This document shows, in pieces, positions 53,223 through 64,000 of a stretch of DNA of 64,000 nt. Source of the DNA: Octopus vulgaris (taxonomy: Eukaryota). Numbering within the stretch: the stretch's first letter is position 1; the number at the start of each line of letters is the position of its first letter. The notes below the pieces were generated by a model, which saw only the letters and a list, made by a program, of their open reading frames with translations, ran no database searches and had not been told where the DNA came from. A program made the translations under genes and the position numbers. The DNA lies in the NCBI GenBank assembly GCA_951406725.2, contig OX597819.1, positions 50,158,001-50,222,000 of the forward strand, given 5' to 3'.

Positions 53223-53450
53223 ATGCCGAACAAAATCGTTAGCGGCATGTCATCCGTCTTTATGTTCTGAGTTCAAATTTCGCCAAGTCCGGCTTTGCCT
53301 TTCATCGTTTTACATGCCGATGAAATAAGTACCAGTTGAGCCTCGTGGGGTGGTGGTGGAGGAGGAGGAGGAGGAGGAGGAAGGGGATTTCGATATAATC
53401 GTCTTACATTAACCCAAGAAATTGCTGGGCTTGTGCCAAAATTTGAAATG
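53223..53450 (+). mobile_element. SINE family 3
   Basis: GTTCTGAGTTCAAATTTCGCC..CTTGTGCCAAAATTTGAAA. Confidence 0.75.
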
Positions 53451-53512
53451 AATATAACGTTTTTCATGATAAAGATATGTCAGTATATATATATATATGT
53501 ATATATATATAG

Positions 53513-53547
<35 letters not shown>

Positions 53548-53639
53548 AACACATAAACATATTTATAAAACACACACATACAGGCATGCTTGTATATATG
53601 TGTGTATGATATATATATATATATATATACACGCGCGCG

Positions 53640-53687
<48 letters not shown>

Positions 53688-53769
53688 CAGACACATCTAT
53701 CTATCTATATCTATCTATCTATCTTTCTTTCTATCTATCTATCTATCTATCTATATATCTATCTATCTA

Positions 53770-53802
<33 letters not shown>

Positions 53803-54085
53803 GTATGCTGTGCACACACAAACATGTATAGGCAAGCATGCATGTATGGCTGCAAGTATGTGAGTGTATGTGTATGAATGTGTGCTAGTGTGTTTGAGTG
53901 GTGTTTAAGAGCATGTTTGTAAGTGTATAATTACACATTTGCATTGATCCATATCTATAAACATGCATCGGTGATCGATATGATGTTAATACATTTTGCA
54001 AAAGCGGAGTGAGAGAGAGAGAGAGAGAGAGAGAGTAAAATAGGTAGAATATATATATGAGCGTGCGCGCGCGTGTATATGTGTG

Positions 54086-54116
<31 letters not shown>

Positions 54117-54209
54117 ATACGTGTGTGCATATGCGTATATTGATATATTAACATACAAAGAGAGGTAGAGGGATATAGAGATAGAGAGCGAAAGAGAATA
54201 GGTAGAATA

Positions 54210-54362
<153 letters not shown>

Positions 54363-55581
54363 ATAAGTATGTATGGATGTATGTATGTGCAGAGAGGACG
54401 AGGGAGATAGAGATAGAGAGCCAGACAGAGAGAGGGAGAGAGAGAGAGCGAGCGATTGTATTCTCTCTCATAAAGATAATACCGTGTCAATATATACTGA
54501 AGCAATGCCATTATCTCTGCTGGTTTGACGTCCATATCTTTAAGTAAGCCAAACAAACACATTCTGAGTCGCTTGTATTGTTCTGTTTAGTCTCTTGCAC
54601 TCAAAGACATCATTGCTTTTCTTAGTCGGTATGTCAACATACCACTGTAATTCGCACTGCAATGTCATATCAACCCCCCCTCCCCCAACAACAAGACCAT
54701 AGCCGCCGCCATCGACGCCACCACCACCACCACCACCACCACCACCACCAAAATCCACCGTCACCACCACCACCAACTCCACCACTACCACCACTGCCAC
54801 CATCACTACTGCACTGCCGTTGTCATCACCACTACCACCGCCACCGCCGCCGCTACCGCAACTACTAATAAATACCCCATTCTCAAAATCCTCTTCGTTA
54901 CCACACCCATCGCCTCTACCTCCTCCAACACCATCGATACCACCACCATCAAAACCCTGCCGCCCCAAATCATTAACGTTTTGATACCAGCTTCCGCCAC
55001 CACCATCGCCACCACCACCACCACCACCACCACCGCCGCCGCCTAATCATCCCCTGTTTCCATCACCACATCCACTGCCAGTTCCAACACCTTCGACACC
55101 TCCCGTCCAAAATTATCTTCGACAGCAATCAAGCTGACCCCCACTCCCCCGTACATACAACCTTAATTTCGGTATCAAATTTTGGCACAGGGCCAGAAAG
55201 TTCGGGTTAGGGGACGAGTCAACTAGATCGATGCCAGTGCTGAACTAGTACTATATCCACCTGCTCAAAGAGAAACCACTTGTAGCCAGCTTCGATAGGT
55301 AGTCTCAACGCTTCGCTTTTCAGTTGCTCTGATAGCCGTAGTTGTAGTGATAAAACAAACTGAGCAGTCATCGTACATACGTATTACATTATGACATTAT
55401 GTCAATTGACAAAATCTCTTTGTGTATTCTCTCTCTCTCTCTCTCCTTCTCTCTCTCTATCTCACTCTCTCCGTCTTTCTCGGCTTATATGCCATAAGCT
55501 TTAAGCTTATATAAAAATACCATTATCATTATTTACAGGATTGTAAACTCGGCGCCGTATTAAAAACGAGTCGCACCGAAA

Positions 55582-55670
<89 letters not shown>

Positions 55671-55690
55671 TATATATATAGATATATATA

Positions 55691-55878
55691 TCTTGATAGA
55701 TCGCTTGCCACAACCCATTCTTTATTTTCTCTCCTTGTTTCTTTATTTGTTCCTTTCTGTGGAAGAGCGTAGGCTACAAACGTTAAAGACTTTTTTCACC
55801 TCCCGAGCGTTATACTAATACATCTGTTTGTTGTCTACACCACCTGTCTTCGTCTTTTGTTGTTTTGTGAATTCTCCC
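55691..55878 (+). mobile_element. HHR family B element, degenerate (55753-55788)
   Basis: CTTT-CTGTGGA-AGAGCGTAGGCTA-CAAACGTT-AAAG. Confidence 0.7.
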
Positions 55879-56145
55879 TATATATATATATATATATCCC
55901 ATTACCTTTAAACGGACAAATTTCTTCAAGGAATACCAGATAAGCCACCTGTACCCGGATACAACTCACTCAACAAGAACTCCCTACTCGAATGGACCAC
56001 GATGCCACAAAACTTGATTTGAAAAGGATTTAGATAATCCTATCAGGTGGTGCTATTAAGTTAGATGTGACCTGAACCAAGCTTTGGTCGAAACATATCT
56101 AAGTTTACCTAAGATTATACACACACACACACAAATATATGTATG

Positions 56146-56228
<83 letters not shown>

Positions 56229-56233
<5 letters not shown>

Positions 56234-56412
56234 ATCCAAACAAGAAAGCACAAAAAAACACAACAGCGCGAGGACGTGGAACAAATATAGTATTATTGGA
56301 CGCTCAGGAAAGAAGGAAAGAAGGAGGGATTAACGTTTCGAGCAGAGCTCTTCGTCGGAAACATAGGAGAAGGAAAGATCCAGAGAAGGGAAGACAGGGG
56401 AAAAAAATCGGC
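56229..56412 (-). mobile_element. HHR family A element (U4C core)
   Basis: Minus strand GTTT-CCGACGA-A-GAGC(TCT)GCTC-GAAACGTT-AAT. Confidence 0.85.
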
Positions 56413-56431
56413 ATATATATGTATGCATATA

Positions 56432-56487
<56 letters not shown>

Positions 56488-56513
56488 TGTATATATGTAT
56501 ATGTATATATATG

Positions 56514-56595
<82 letters not shown>

Positions 56596-56598
56596 GTA

Positions 56599-56653
<55 letters not shown>

Positions 56654-56953
56654 TTGTGTGTGTGCGTGTGTGTATGTGTGTCTGTATGTAATAATGTTTG
56701 TTGCCACTTTCTCGTGGCTGTTCCATGCGGAACAATGTTACTACATTTCAACTCAAGGAAGACAGTACTGGTCTTGCCATGCTGGACCACTGTGGTTCGC
56801 TCCCTTACTCGTAATATAACAGACACAAGTCGTGCGTCGTTAACCAGCTGGAAAGATCTCTTCCTGGAGTTAAAATGTATTAACTGTAGCGTGATGGAGT
56901 AAAAAAACAGCAGAAAAAGAAGGAAAAGGGAGAGAGAAATACAGAGACCTTAC

Positions 56954-57028
56954 CTGTTGATCGAGGCGGGATGAGCGATCACTGTCAGGAAAACATAAAA
57001 CACGTCCTTCACACTCGCCGTCACTCAT
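56954..57028 (-). CDS. Candidate first coding exon MSDGECEGRVLCFPDSDRSSRLDQQ
   Basis: ATG at 57028, consensus donor CAG|GTAAGG at 56954/56953, CpG-rich unique sequence, upstream ACGGAAGTG. Confidence 0.35.
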
Positions 57029-57272
57029 CGAACTGCCGACGTGCTTTTTGCTCACGCATGACCCCGTGGCTCTTCCGCCGGCCCCTGCAGTCTTCACTTC
57101 CGTTTACCTCATCTGCTATCCTCTCCACTAACACCACATTGCTCATTGCTCATCACAGCCCGTAACACCACAAACACCAAATTAACATTGTTCCGCATGA
57201 AGTGGTCACGCAAAAGTGGTTGCAAACATTACTATTTAGTATTGCTACTTTAGCTTGTTATATATATATATT

Positions 57273-57368
57273 AAGTTAATCCAAACATGAAAGCACAAAA
57301 AAAACACAATAACGTGAGGACGTGGAACAAATATAGTATTATTGGACGCTCAGGAAAGAAGGAGGGTT
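57273..57368 (-). mobile_element. HHR family A element truncated at the predicted cleavage site
   Basis: Family A sequence ending GGAGGGTT, followed by (AT)n. Confidence 0.8.
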
Positions 57369-57396
57369 ATATATATATATATATGTATGTATATAT

Positions 57397-57742
57397 GAAT
57401 TTTTTGCGTAATGAGATAAAAAAACAAGGCTGTATAGATAGAGTATTTATAGATAGAAGGTCTTACAGCTGTTTCTAGAATATTAATTAATAATAATATC
57501 CCTTCATTGGAGATGAATAATATTATTATTAATTAATATTCTAGAAATGCTTTAATATCTATACAGCCTTGGTTTTTTTATCCCATTACGCAAGAAATTC
57601 ATATATACACACGCTGACATAGAACCAACGTTGAACCCTTTATTCGCAATATTACCGAATCTTGAACTTACCTATGGTCTGTCTATAGCACTTATTTCAG
57701 TATTACCTGACACCTTTGGGTCTCAAGGACACCATTATCTCT
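57397..57742. mobile_element. HHR family C inverted pLTR pair plus tail
   Basis: 57397-57440 is inverted at 57556-57600; degenerate HHR on minus strand at ~57460-57513; 57603-57742 matches the reverse complement of 51363-51500. Confidence 0.75.
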
Positions 57743-58272
57743 TATGTATGTATGTATGTATGTATGTATGTATGTATGTATGTATGTATGTATGTATGTA
57801 TGTATGTATGTATGTATATATATATATATGTATATATGTATATATGTATATGCCTGTGCATGTGTATGTGTGTGTATGTATATACATACACGTATAAACA
57901 ACCCTGTCGTTGGCAATCGACGATCACTTTGTAGCACCAGGTAGCATGGTTTACATATTGTTACAGAGTCACACAGGTAACTACTGCCTCACACACAGAC
58001 ACACAGTGGCCCAGCAACAAAATTTGCTAAGGGGGTGCAACTCCAGGTCCTAATTTTTTAATGAAAAATGTGGATTTTTCCAACGTTAACATTAAAACAA
58101 ATGCAGGTATAATAATTTTTATTATTATGAGGGTCCGCTGAAATGTTCAAAATCTGAGCAAGACACGCTTGAGATACCAGTCACAGTATTGTATCCATAT
58201 CTGATTGCAGGATAGGACCTGTAATTTTTATTTCAAGGTAGAGGCTTGGTATCATCTGCATACTTCAACACT

Positions 58273-59310
58273 GAACTTTCCAGGAAATTTTCAAAAATCC
58301 TCGGAAATTTCCAGGAAGAGTTCGACCAAATTTCCCGGAAGTTAGAAGGTCCTCAGAACTTCACAGGTTTTCGACCAAATTTCTTGGAATTTTCCAGGAA
58401 GTTTTCGACCAAATTTCCCGGAAGATAGAACACACTTGGAACCTTCCAGGAAGTTTTCGACCAAATTTTCCGGAAGTTAGGAAATCCTCGGAACATCCAA
58501 GGAAGTTTTCGACCAAATTTCCCGGAAGTCAGAAAATCATCGGAACTTTCCAGGAAGTTTTCAACCAATTTTCCCGGAAGTTAGAAAATCCTCGGAACTT
58601 TCGAGGCAGTTTTCGACCAAATTTCCAGGAAGTTAAAAAAATCCCCGGAACTCTGCAGGAAGTTTCCGACCAAATATCCCGGGAGTTAAGAAATCATCGG
58701 AACTTTCCATGAAGTCTCGACCAAATACCCCGGAAGTTAGGAAATCCTCGGAACTTTCCAGGAAGTTTTCGACCAAGTTTCCCGGAAGTTAGGAAATCCT
58801 CGAACTTTCCAGGAAGTTTTCGACCAAATTTCTAGGAAGTTAAAAAATCCTCGGAACTTCCCCGGAAGTTTTCGACCAAATTTCCCGGAAGATAGAAACA
58901 CTCGGAACCTTCCAGGAAGTTTTCGACCAAATTTTCCGTAAGTTAGGAAATCCTCGGAACATCCCAGGAAGTTTTCGACCAAATATCCCGGGAGTTAGAA
59001 AAGCCCGGAACTTTGCAGGAAGTTTTCGACCAAATTTCCCAGGAATTAGGAAATCCTCGGAACTTTCCATGAAGTTTTCGACCAAATACCCCGGAAGTTA
59101 GGAAACCCTCGGAACTCTCCAGGAAGTGTTCGACCAAGTTTCCCGGAAGTTAGGAAATACTCGGAATTTTCCAGGCAGGTTTCGACGAAGTTTCCCGGAA
59201 GTTAGGAAATCCCTGGTCCTTCCCAGGATGTTTTACACCAAATTTCCCGGAATGTATAAAATCCTCGGAACTTTCTAGGAAGTTTGCGATGTAATATCCC
59301 GGAAGTTAGA
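58273..59310. repeat. 52-bp tandem repeat, ~20 copies
   Basis: Unit GGAACTTTCCAGGAAGTTTTCGACCAAATTTCCCGGAAGTTAGGAAATCCTC. Confidence 0.95.
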
Positions 59311-59329
59311 CTACGACATATATCCCCCA

Positions 59330-60480
59330 ACTATTTTCCATATGAATGTGATTGTATATATTTGTCTTTGGTGTCAAGGGACTCAGCGCTTTCAGACATT
59401 TGCGGTAAGACTGAAGGTATTTTACCAGTGAACATTCCTTGTTACCCTTCAATTTCTTCTTTGAGACCAGATGAGTAAGAAGATTAAAATTGTAAGCAGT
59501 AATACAAACTGCTCAGAACTAGGGTTTTCCTTAAAAATAAAACTAACTACCGGTTCCCTTGTCATGAATGTTCGTAGGATGCAGCCTATGAGTTTGCTGC
59601 ATTTAAAGGTTAGTTTGATAATATGGTTGGTGGAAAATGCATCATTTGACATGATTACTCTTAAGTCCTGTATGTTTATTAGTGCTCTGAATCATTATGT
59701 TTCCTTGTCTCAAATATTGCGATTTGGGTGAATTCGTTTGTAATGAAGAAGCTGAAATTCTGATGTACTAATTTTCGTATTTTTTCTGGTTTAGCTCCTA
59801 GCCATCGATATTTTTGTGTAATTAATTCCCTGATGTATACGACGTATTACAAGTAACTTAGAGAGAAATCCATTTGTAGTAATAGGTTGACTCCTACCAT
59901 ATAGGGAGTTAAAGAACCATTCTCCGACTTTTCCTGTGATACCAAGATTTCTTAAATTATGACAGATGATTCCATGATCCGTATTGTCAAACGCCTTAAC
60001 AATATCAAGGTTTTAACAGTCAATAATCTTTCCCCTTAAAAGATTATTAGAGGTAGTGTTATAATGCTGTAAGAATTGTGACAGGCAACTTCATTCAGTC
60101 CGAAACCTATACCGAGTGTCATCTAAGTTGTTTTCCTCCAGGTATGTTATTACTTTCGTCTTCGGACAAGGCATTGGATAATTTTAGACGTGTAAGACGT
60201 GAGGGAAACAGGTCTGTAATTTTTGGCTTCAGCACTGCTACCTCCTTTGTACATATATAGGTTTTATCATAGCTTCTTTTAATAGTCTCGGGAATATGGC
60301 GGTATCTGGCGACTTTTGAAACAGTACTTTTAATGATTTCATGAGGTAGTTTTTACACGTTTTTTAGCAATATAACTGGAATATTATTTGGTACAGATGC
60401 TGAGTTTGGGCCTAAATCATTAATAGCCGCAAGCATATCAACTTCCATGATATTAATTTTAAGTTGTGTCTCTGCACTTG
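59330..60480 (-). mobile_element. Decayed CR1/L2-clade LINE RT fragment
   Basis: LDIVKAFD..DHGII..LGITGKV.EW and KLIGCILRTF motifs on the minus strand; a YADDTK piece lies at ~58165-58272. Confidence 0.75.
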
Positions 60481-60659
60481 AGTTGTGGGATCAAAGAATT
60501 CGCTTGGATTATGCACAGAGCTGCGATACGGACAGAGAATGTGGTCTTCCGCCTGTTGAAACGAAAGTGTCAGGGATAGAGTTTGCGATCATGCCCACGA
60601 ATACCTCTATCCGGCGCAGGGGTGAAAATCTTCGCAAATGGTAGGTTTACATGTCAGTT

Positions 60660-61320
60660 GAAGATGTTGATGGTCGGATGAGATCTCCCTGCATCCTCCG
60701 TCGTTTGAGTGAAGACAATGCCAGCCGTCGGAGATGTTCCTCTTACGCAAGCTTATACAAACCCGCATCCATTCGGGTGGCCAAGTGCTGAACCCATTCC
60801 AGGAGATATGGTTTTGAGGTATGGATGTAATATTCGAGGATGGGTCGAACTAGAGTGATATATACAAGCCAAAGGACGTCCATTGAAAGGTTACCAAAGG
60901 ATCGGTGGATGAGGAAAAGGTTCCTTCTGGCTTTGTTCGCCACCTCGATACCCTGCCGTGGTAGTTTGAAAGTAGTATCGATCATTATGCTGAGATCCTT
61001 TTCTTCAGTGACCATCTTAAGATGTTGATGTTTGTGGCCAATAGTCAAGGGAGAGTTTGGAGGTGAACCTATTGGCAAATGGCTGCATTTTGAGACGTTC
61101 AATTTCAGATTCCATTCTTCCGCCCAATTCCAAGCTCGGTTCAACGACAATTGGAGTATGTCGTATTGATTCATAGGTGAGACAAGTTTGACGTGGTCTG
61201 CAAATAGGAGAACTCTTCCATCAAGAAAATCTGGCAGGTCGTTGATATAGAGAAGGAAAAGTATTGGCCCCAGCACCGACCCCTGGGGAACGCCGCTGCA
61301 TGCATTAGTCTCCGCATGCT
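60660..61320 (-). mobile_element. CR1-clade LINE RT C-terminal fragment
   Basis: SGVPQGSVLGPILFLLYINDLP..LFAD, EKDL, YITLVRPILEY, LEWVQ..ATR. Confidence 0.92.
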
Positions 61321-63131
61321 ATTTTCCCCTAATTGGACAGGTAATAATTTGTTGTATGGGAAAGTCTTTTGTTGTATCGAGGAAAGTGTTCATATCCCTC
61401 CACATCAGTTGCTTAGTTCCAGGCTGGCTATTATCCTCGGACCAGCTAAGATTAGTAAAATCAAAGACCCCTGTTAAAAGCATATTAGCCTGTATGCTGG
61501 CCTCAGCTAGGGTTAGACTTATGAGTAATAAAAAGCACCTCTAAAGTTATCTTCGTGGTTAACCTCGTCAGGATGACGGTAGGTAATGCTTTTAATATAA
61601 TTTCCTTTTTATATAAATTAGTCTGAAATTGTTGAATACATTTCTTTGCAAATTAGGTAATTTCGGGGTTGGTCTGCAATCATTTATAGTTAAATGTTTC
61701 CTTTCAAAATCTTTTTTTAAAATTAAACTGGATTAGTATTTCAAATGAGCAATAAGTATCAAAGCATTTAACAATGAGCATTAAATATCAAAGATAAAAA
61801 TAAATCATTTTGTTCCCTTGTCAAACTTTAGACCTAACAACCTAAATGAAAAAACCGATATGACTGAAAGAATTTTAAAGGGCTTTTATTTTTAGGCTGA
61901 GGCCAAACAGTCGAATCCATTCAACCATGTCGTCTGTCTTTAGCAACATCAACTTCAAAGAACTTGAGAGAGGTGACAGACTGAGAGAGGACAGAACCTT
62001 CACACATTTTCAGCATTGCAAGATTTGGAGTTATTTTTGTCAGAATAGAGCTGTCTTCAAGAATCCAAGTAATGCTATGTATTGAAGAATAGCCATAGAT
62101 GCTGGTCATGTTGTTGTTCTTGTTGTTTGCTGCTACTGTTGTTGTTGTTGTTACATACTTTTTTTATTTTGACGTCACTTTGCTTCTGAAGTTGGTCAGT
62201 CATAAATTCCCTCGGGAATTTTAAGCCCAGCTTCATCACTTTTATTTATTTATTTATTTTTGTTCTTTGTTTTTGCTTTGAAACGAAATCTAGCTTCAAG
62301 CATCTTATACAGATAATTTTTGAGACACTATTTTCTGAAAGTGGTAAAATTATGTAGGGGGGTGCAAATTTTGATCTTGCACCATCTGAAAATTCCAAGG
62401 GGTGCAGGTGCACCCGCTGCACCCCCTGTTCCCGAGCCCTTGCAGACACGTGACTTCAGTTCATTAGATCCTACAATGCCTTAGGATAGGACCTAATGAA
62501 CTGTATCGAACCGGACCTTGTACTGCTTTTAAGATAAAATTCAGAATCCAACAGAATGAAATATGAACGTGAAACACGAGCATGGCTGGAATTTCAATCC
62601 GCAACGCCATTGTTAATTAGCTGAACAGTGCCGCAGTTTGTAATTGCATAGCTAAATGATTAACAAATTGAAAAATTGCTAACACTGGGTGAAGTTCAGC
62701 AATTTTTCTTAAATTAATTAAACTAAAATGTTGTAATTGGATTTTGAATAAATTGTAAGATTAATTGTTAAAGACTCGTCTTTTATGGTTGTATAATTTT
62801 CGAAAAATTTTTCCAGTGAAAAACTTGTTTTATAACTAAAGATATATATTTTTTTATTGGTAAAGATTATAGGGATTTCGGGGCGAGTATAAGGGGAAAT
62901 AATATCAGAGAATGGAAAAAGGTTTAGCAATGACTGCCCTGAACATTATAATTAATCATATCAGGCCTTCTATGAGATCTTGTAACCAAGATGCAACAGA
63001 GCGTTTTCGTTTCAGGCAGATTCCAATTTATAAATGCTTCACTTTAATCATGGCGTCAACGAAACGATAAGGGAGCATACACATACATACATACATACAT
63101 ACATACATACATACATACATACATACATACA

Positions 63132-63163
<32 letters not shown>

Positions 63164-63263
63164 CACACACACATATATACATGCCTACATACATTCACAC
63201 ACACAAATATGTATATTCTTTTATGTTTCGGGCCTAAGGGTGTGGCCATGCTGGGGCATATGT

Positions 63264-63312
<49 letters not shown>

Positions 63313-63475
63313 TGGATACATGGTTACATTCATTCATATCTATATATATATACACTCTCATACATAAATGCATGCATATATACATATACTCACACGCACA
63401 AATATATATATATTCTTTTATATGTTTCAGCCCTAAAGGTGTGGCCATGCTGGGGCATATGTGTGTGTGTATACA

Positions 63476-63520
<45 letters not shown>

Positions 63521-63598
63521 GCTCATACATAAATGCATGCATATATACATGCACAACATACATACATACATACATACATACATACATACATACATACA

Positions 63599-64000
63599 CA
63601 TTTTCAAGAAAGGGAGCCGCGAAGACCCGCTTAACTACCGACCGGTTCCCTTACATCAATTATCAGCAAGATGTTCGAAACCATCCTTAAGAAAAGTATG
63701 ATGCTCCACCTCCTAAACACAGCCTCTATCTCTGATTCCCAACACGGCTTCGTGCCGAAGAGATCATGCTTGACCAACCTACTAGTAATGGAAGAATTGG
63801 TGACGCGCATCCTCGATGATAGTGATGCTGTTGACATCGTTTTACTGGACTTTGCCAAAGCTTTTGACTCGGTAAACCACCGCCTATTGCTTGTCAAGCT
63901 TCAAGCATATAGTTTCCATCCGGATATTGTACGATGGGTTGGTGCCTTCCTCTCAGATCGCTCCTTCCAAGTCCAAGTTAATGGTTCGCGGTCCGACGTC
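63599..64000 (+). mobile_element. CR1-clade LINE RT fragment running off the window
   Basis: IFKKGSREDPLNYRPV, QHGFVPKRSCLTNLL, DIVLLDFAKAFDSVNH, FLSDRSFQVQVNG. Confidence 0.93.

Larger units (their letters stand above)
58004..62442. mobile_element. Non-autonomous hAT-like element with nested cargo
   Basis: Termini CAGTGGCCCAGCAACA / TGTTCCCGAGCCCTTG, GGGGTGCA subterminal motifs at both ends, flanks CAGACACA / CAGACACG (7/8 match). Confidence 0.6.

Noticed and set aside
54540-54660. Resemblance of WYVDIP (and SDDG..F at 22.9 kb) to CatSper auxiliary subunits
   Set aside because: The matches are a few residues long, lie on opposite strands and cannot support a gene name.
58273-59310. CRISPR-like appearance of the 52-bp array
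   Set aside because: No unique spacers, no cas genes, eukaryotic context.

Overview
AT-rich, microsatellite-dense eukaryotic DNA. Its SINE and LINE complement looks cephalopod (Octopus-like), which is an inference from the repeat families. No intact host gene is recognisable, only a few weak candidate exons. Most of the window is mobile-element debris: three tRNA-derived SINE families, decayed Tigger, Chapaev3 and mariner transposons, a 1-kb foldback element, a 4.4-kb hAT-like element carrying a STAT/ETS-motif tandem array, and RTE, CR1, Tx1/L1 and R4/Dong LINE fragments. The main unexplained signal is a set of short non-coding elements sitting in (TA)n tracts. They fall into at least five families and carry type I hammerhead ribozyme (HHR) motifs, several with recurrent non-canonical cores (U4C; A6U). 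They include a 361-nt rod-folding retrozyme-like monomer arranged as a palindrome, copies that end at the predicted self-cleavage site, and a Penelope-like RT remnant joined to one HHR repeat. Together these point to a Penelope/retrozyme system targeting TA microsatellites. All structures and coordinates were read by eye, and boundaries of decayed repeats are approximate.
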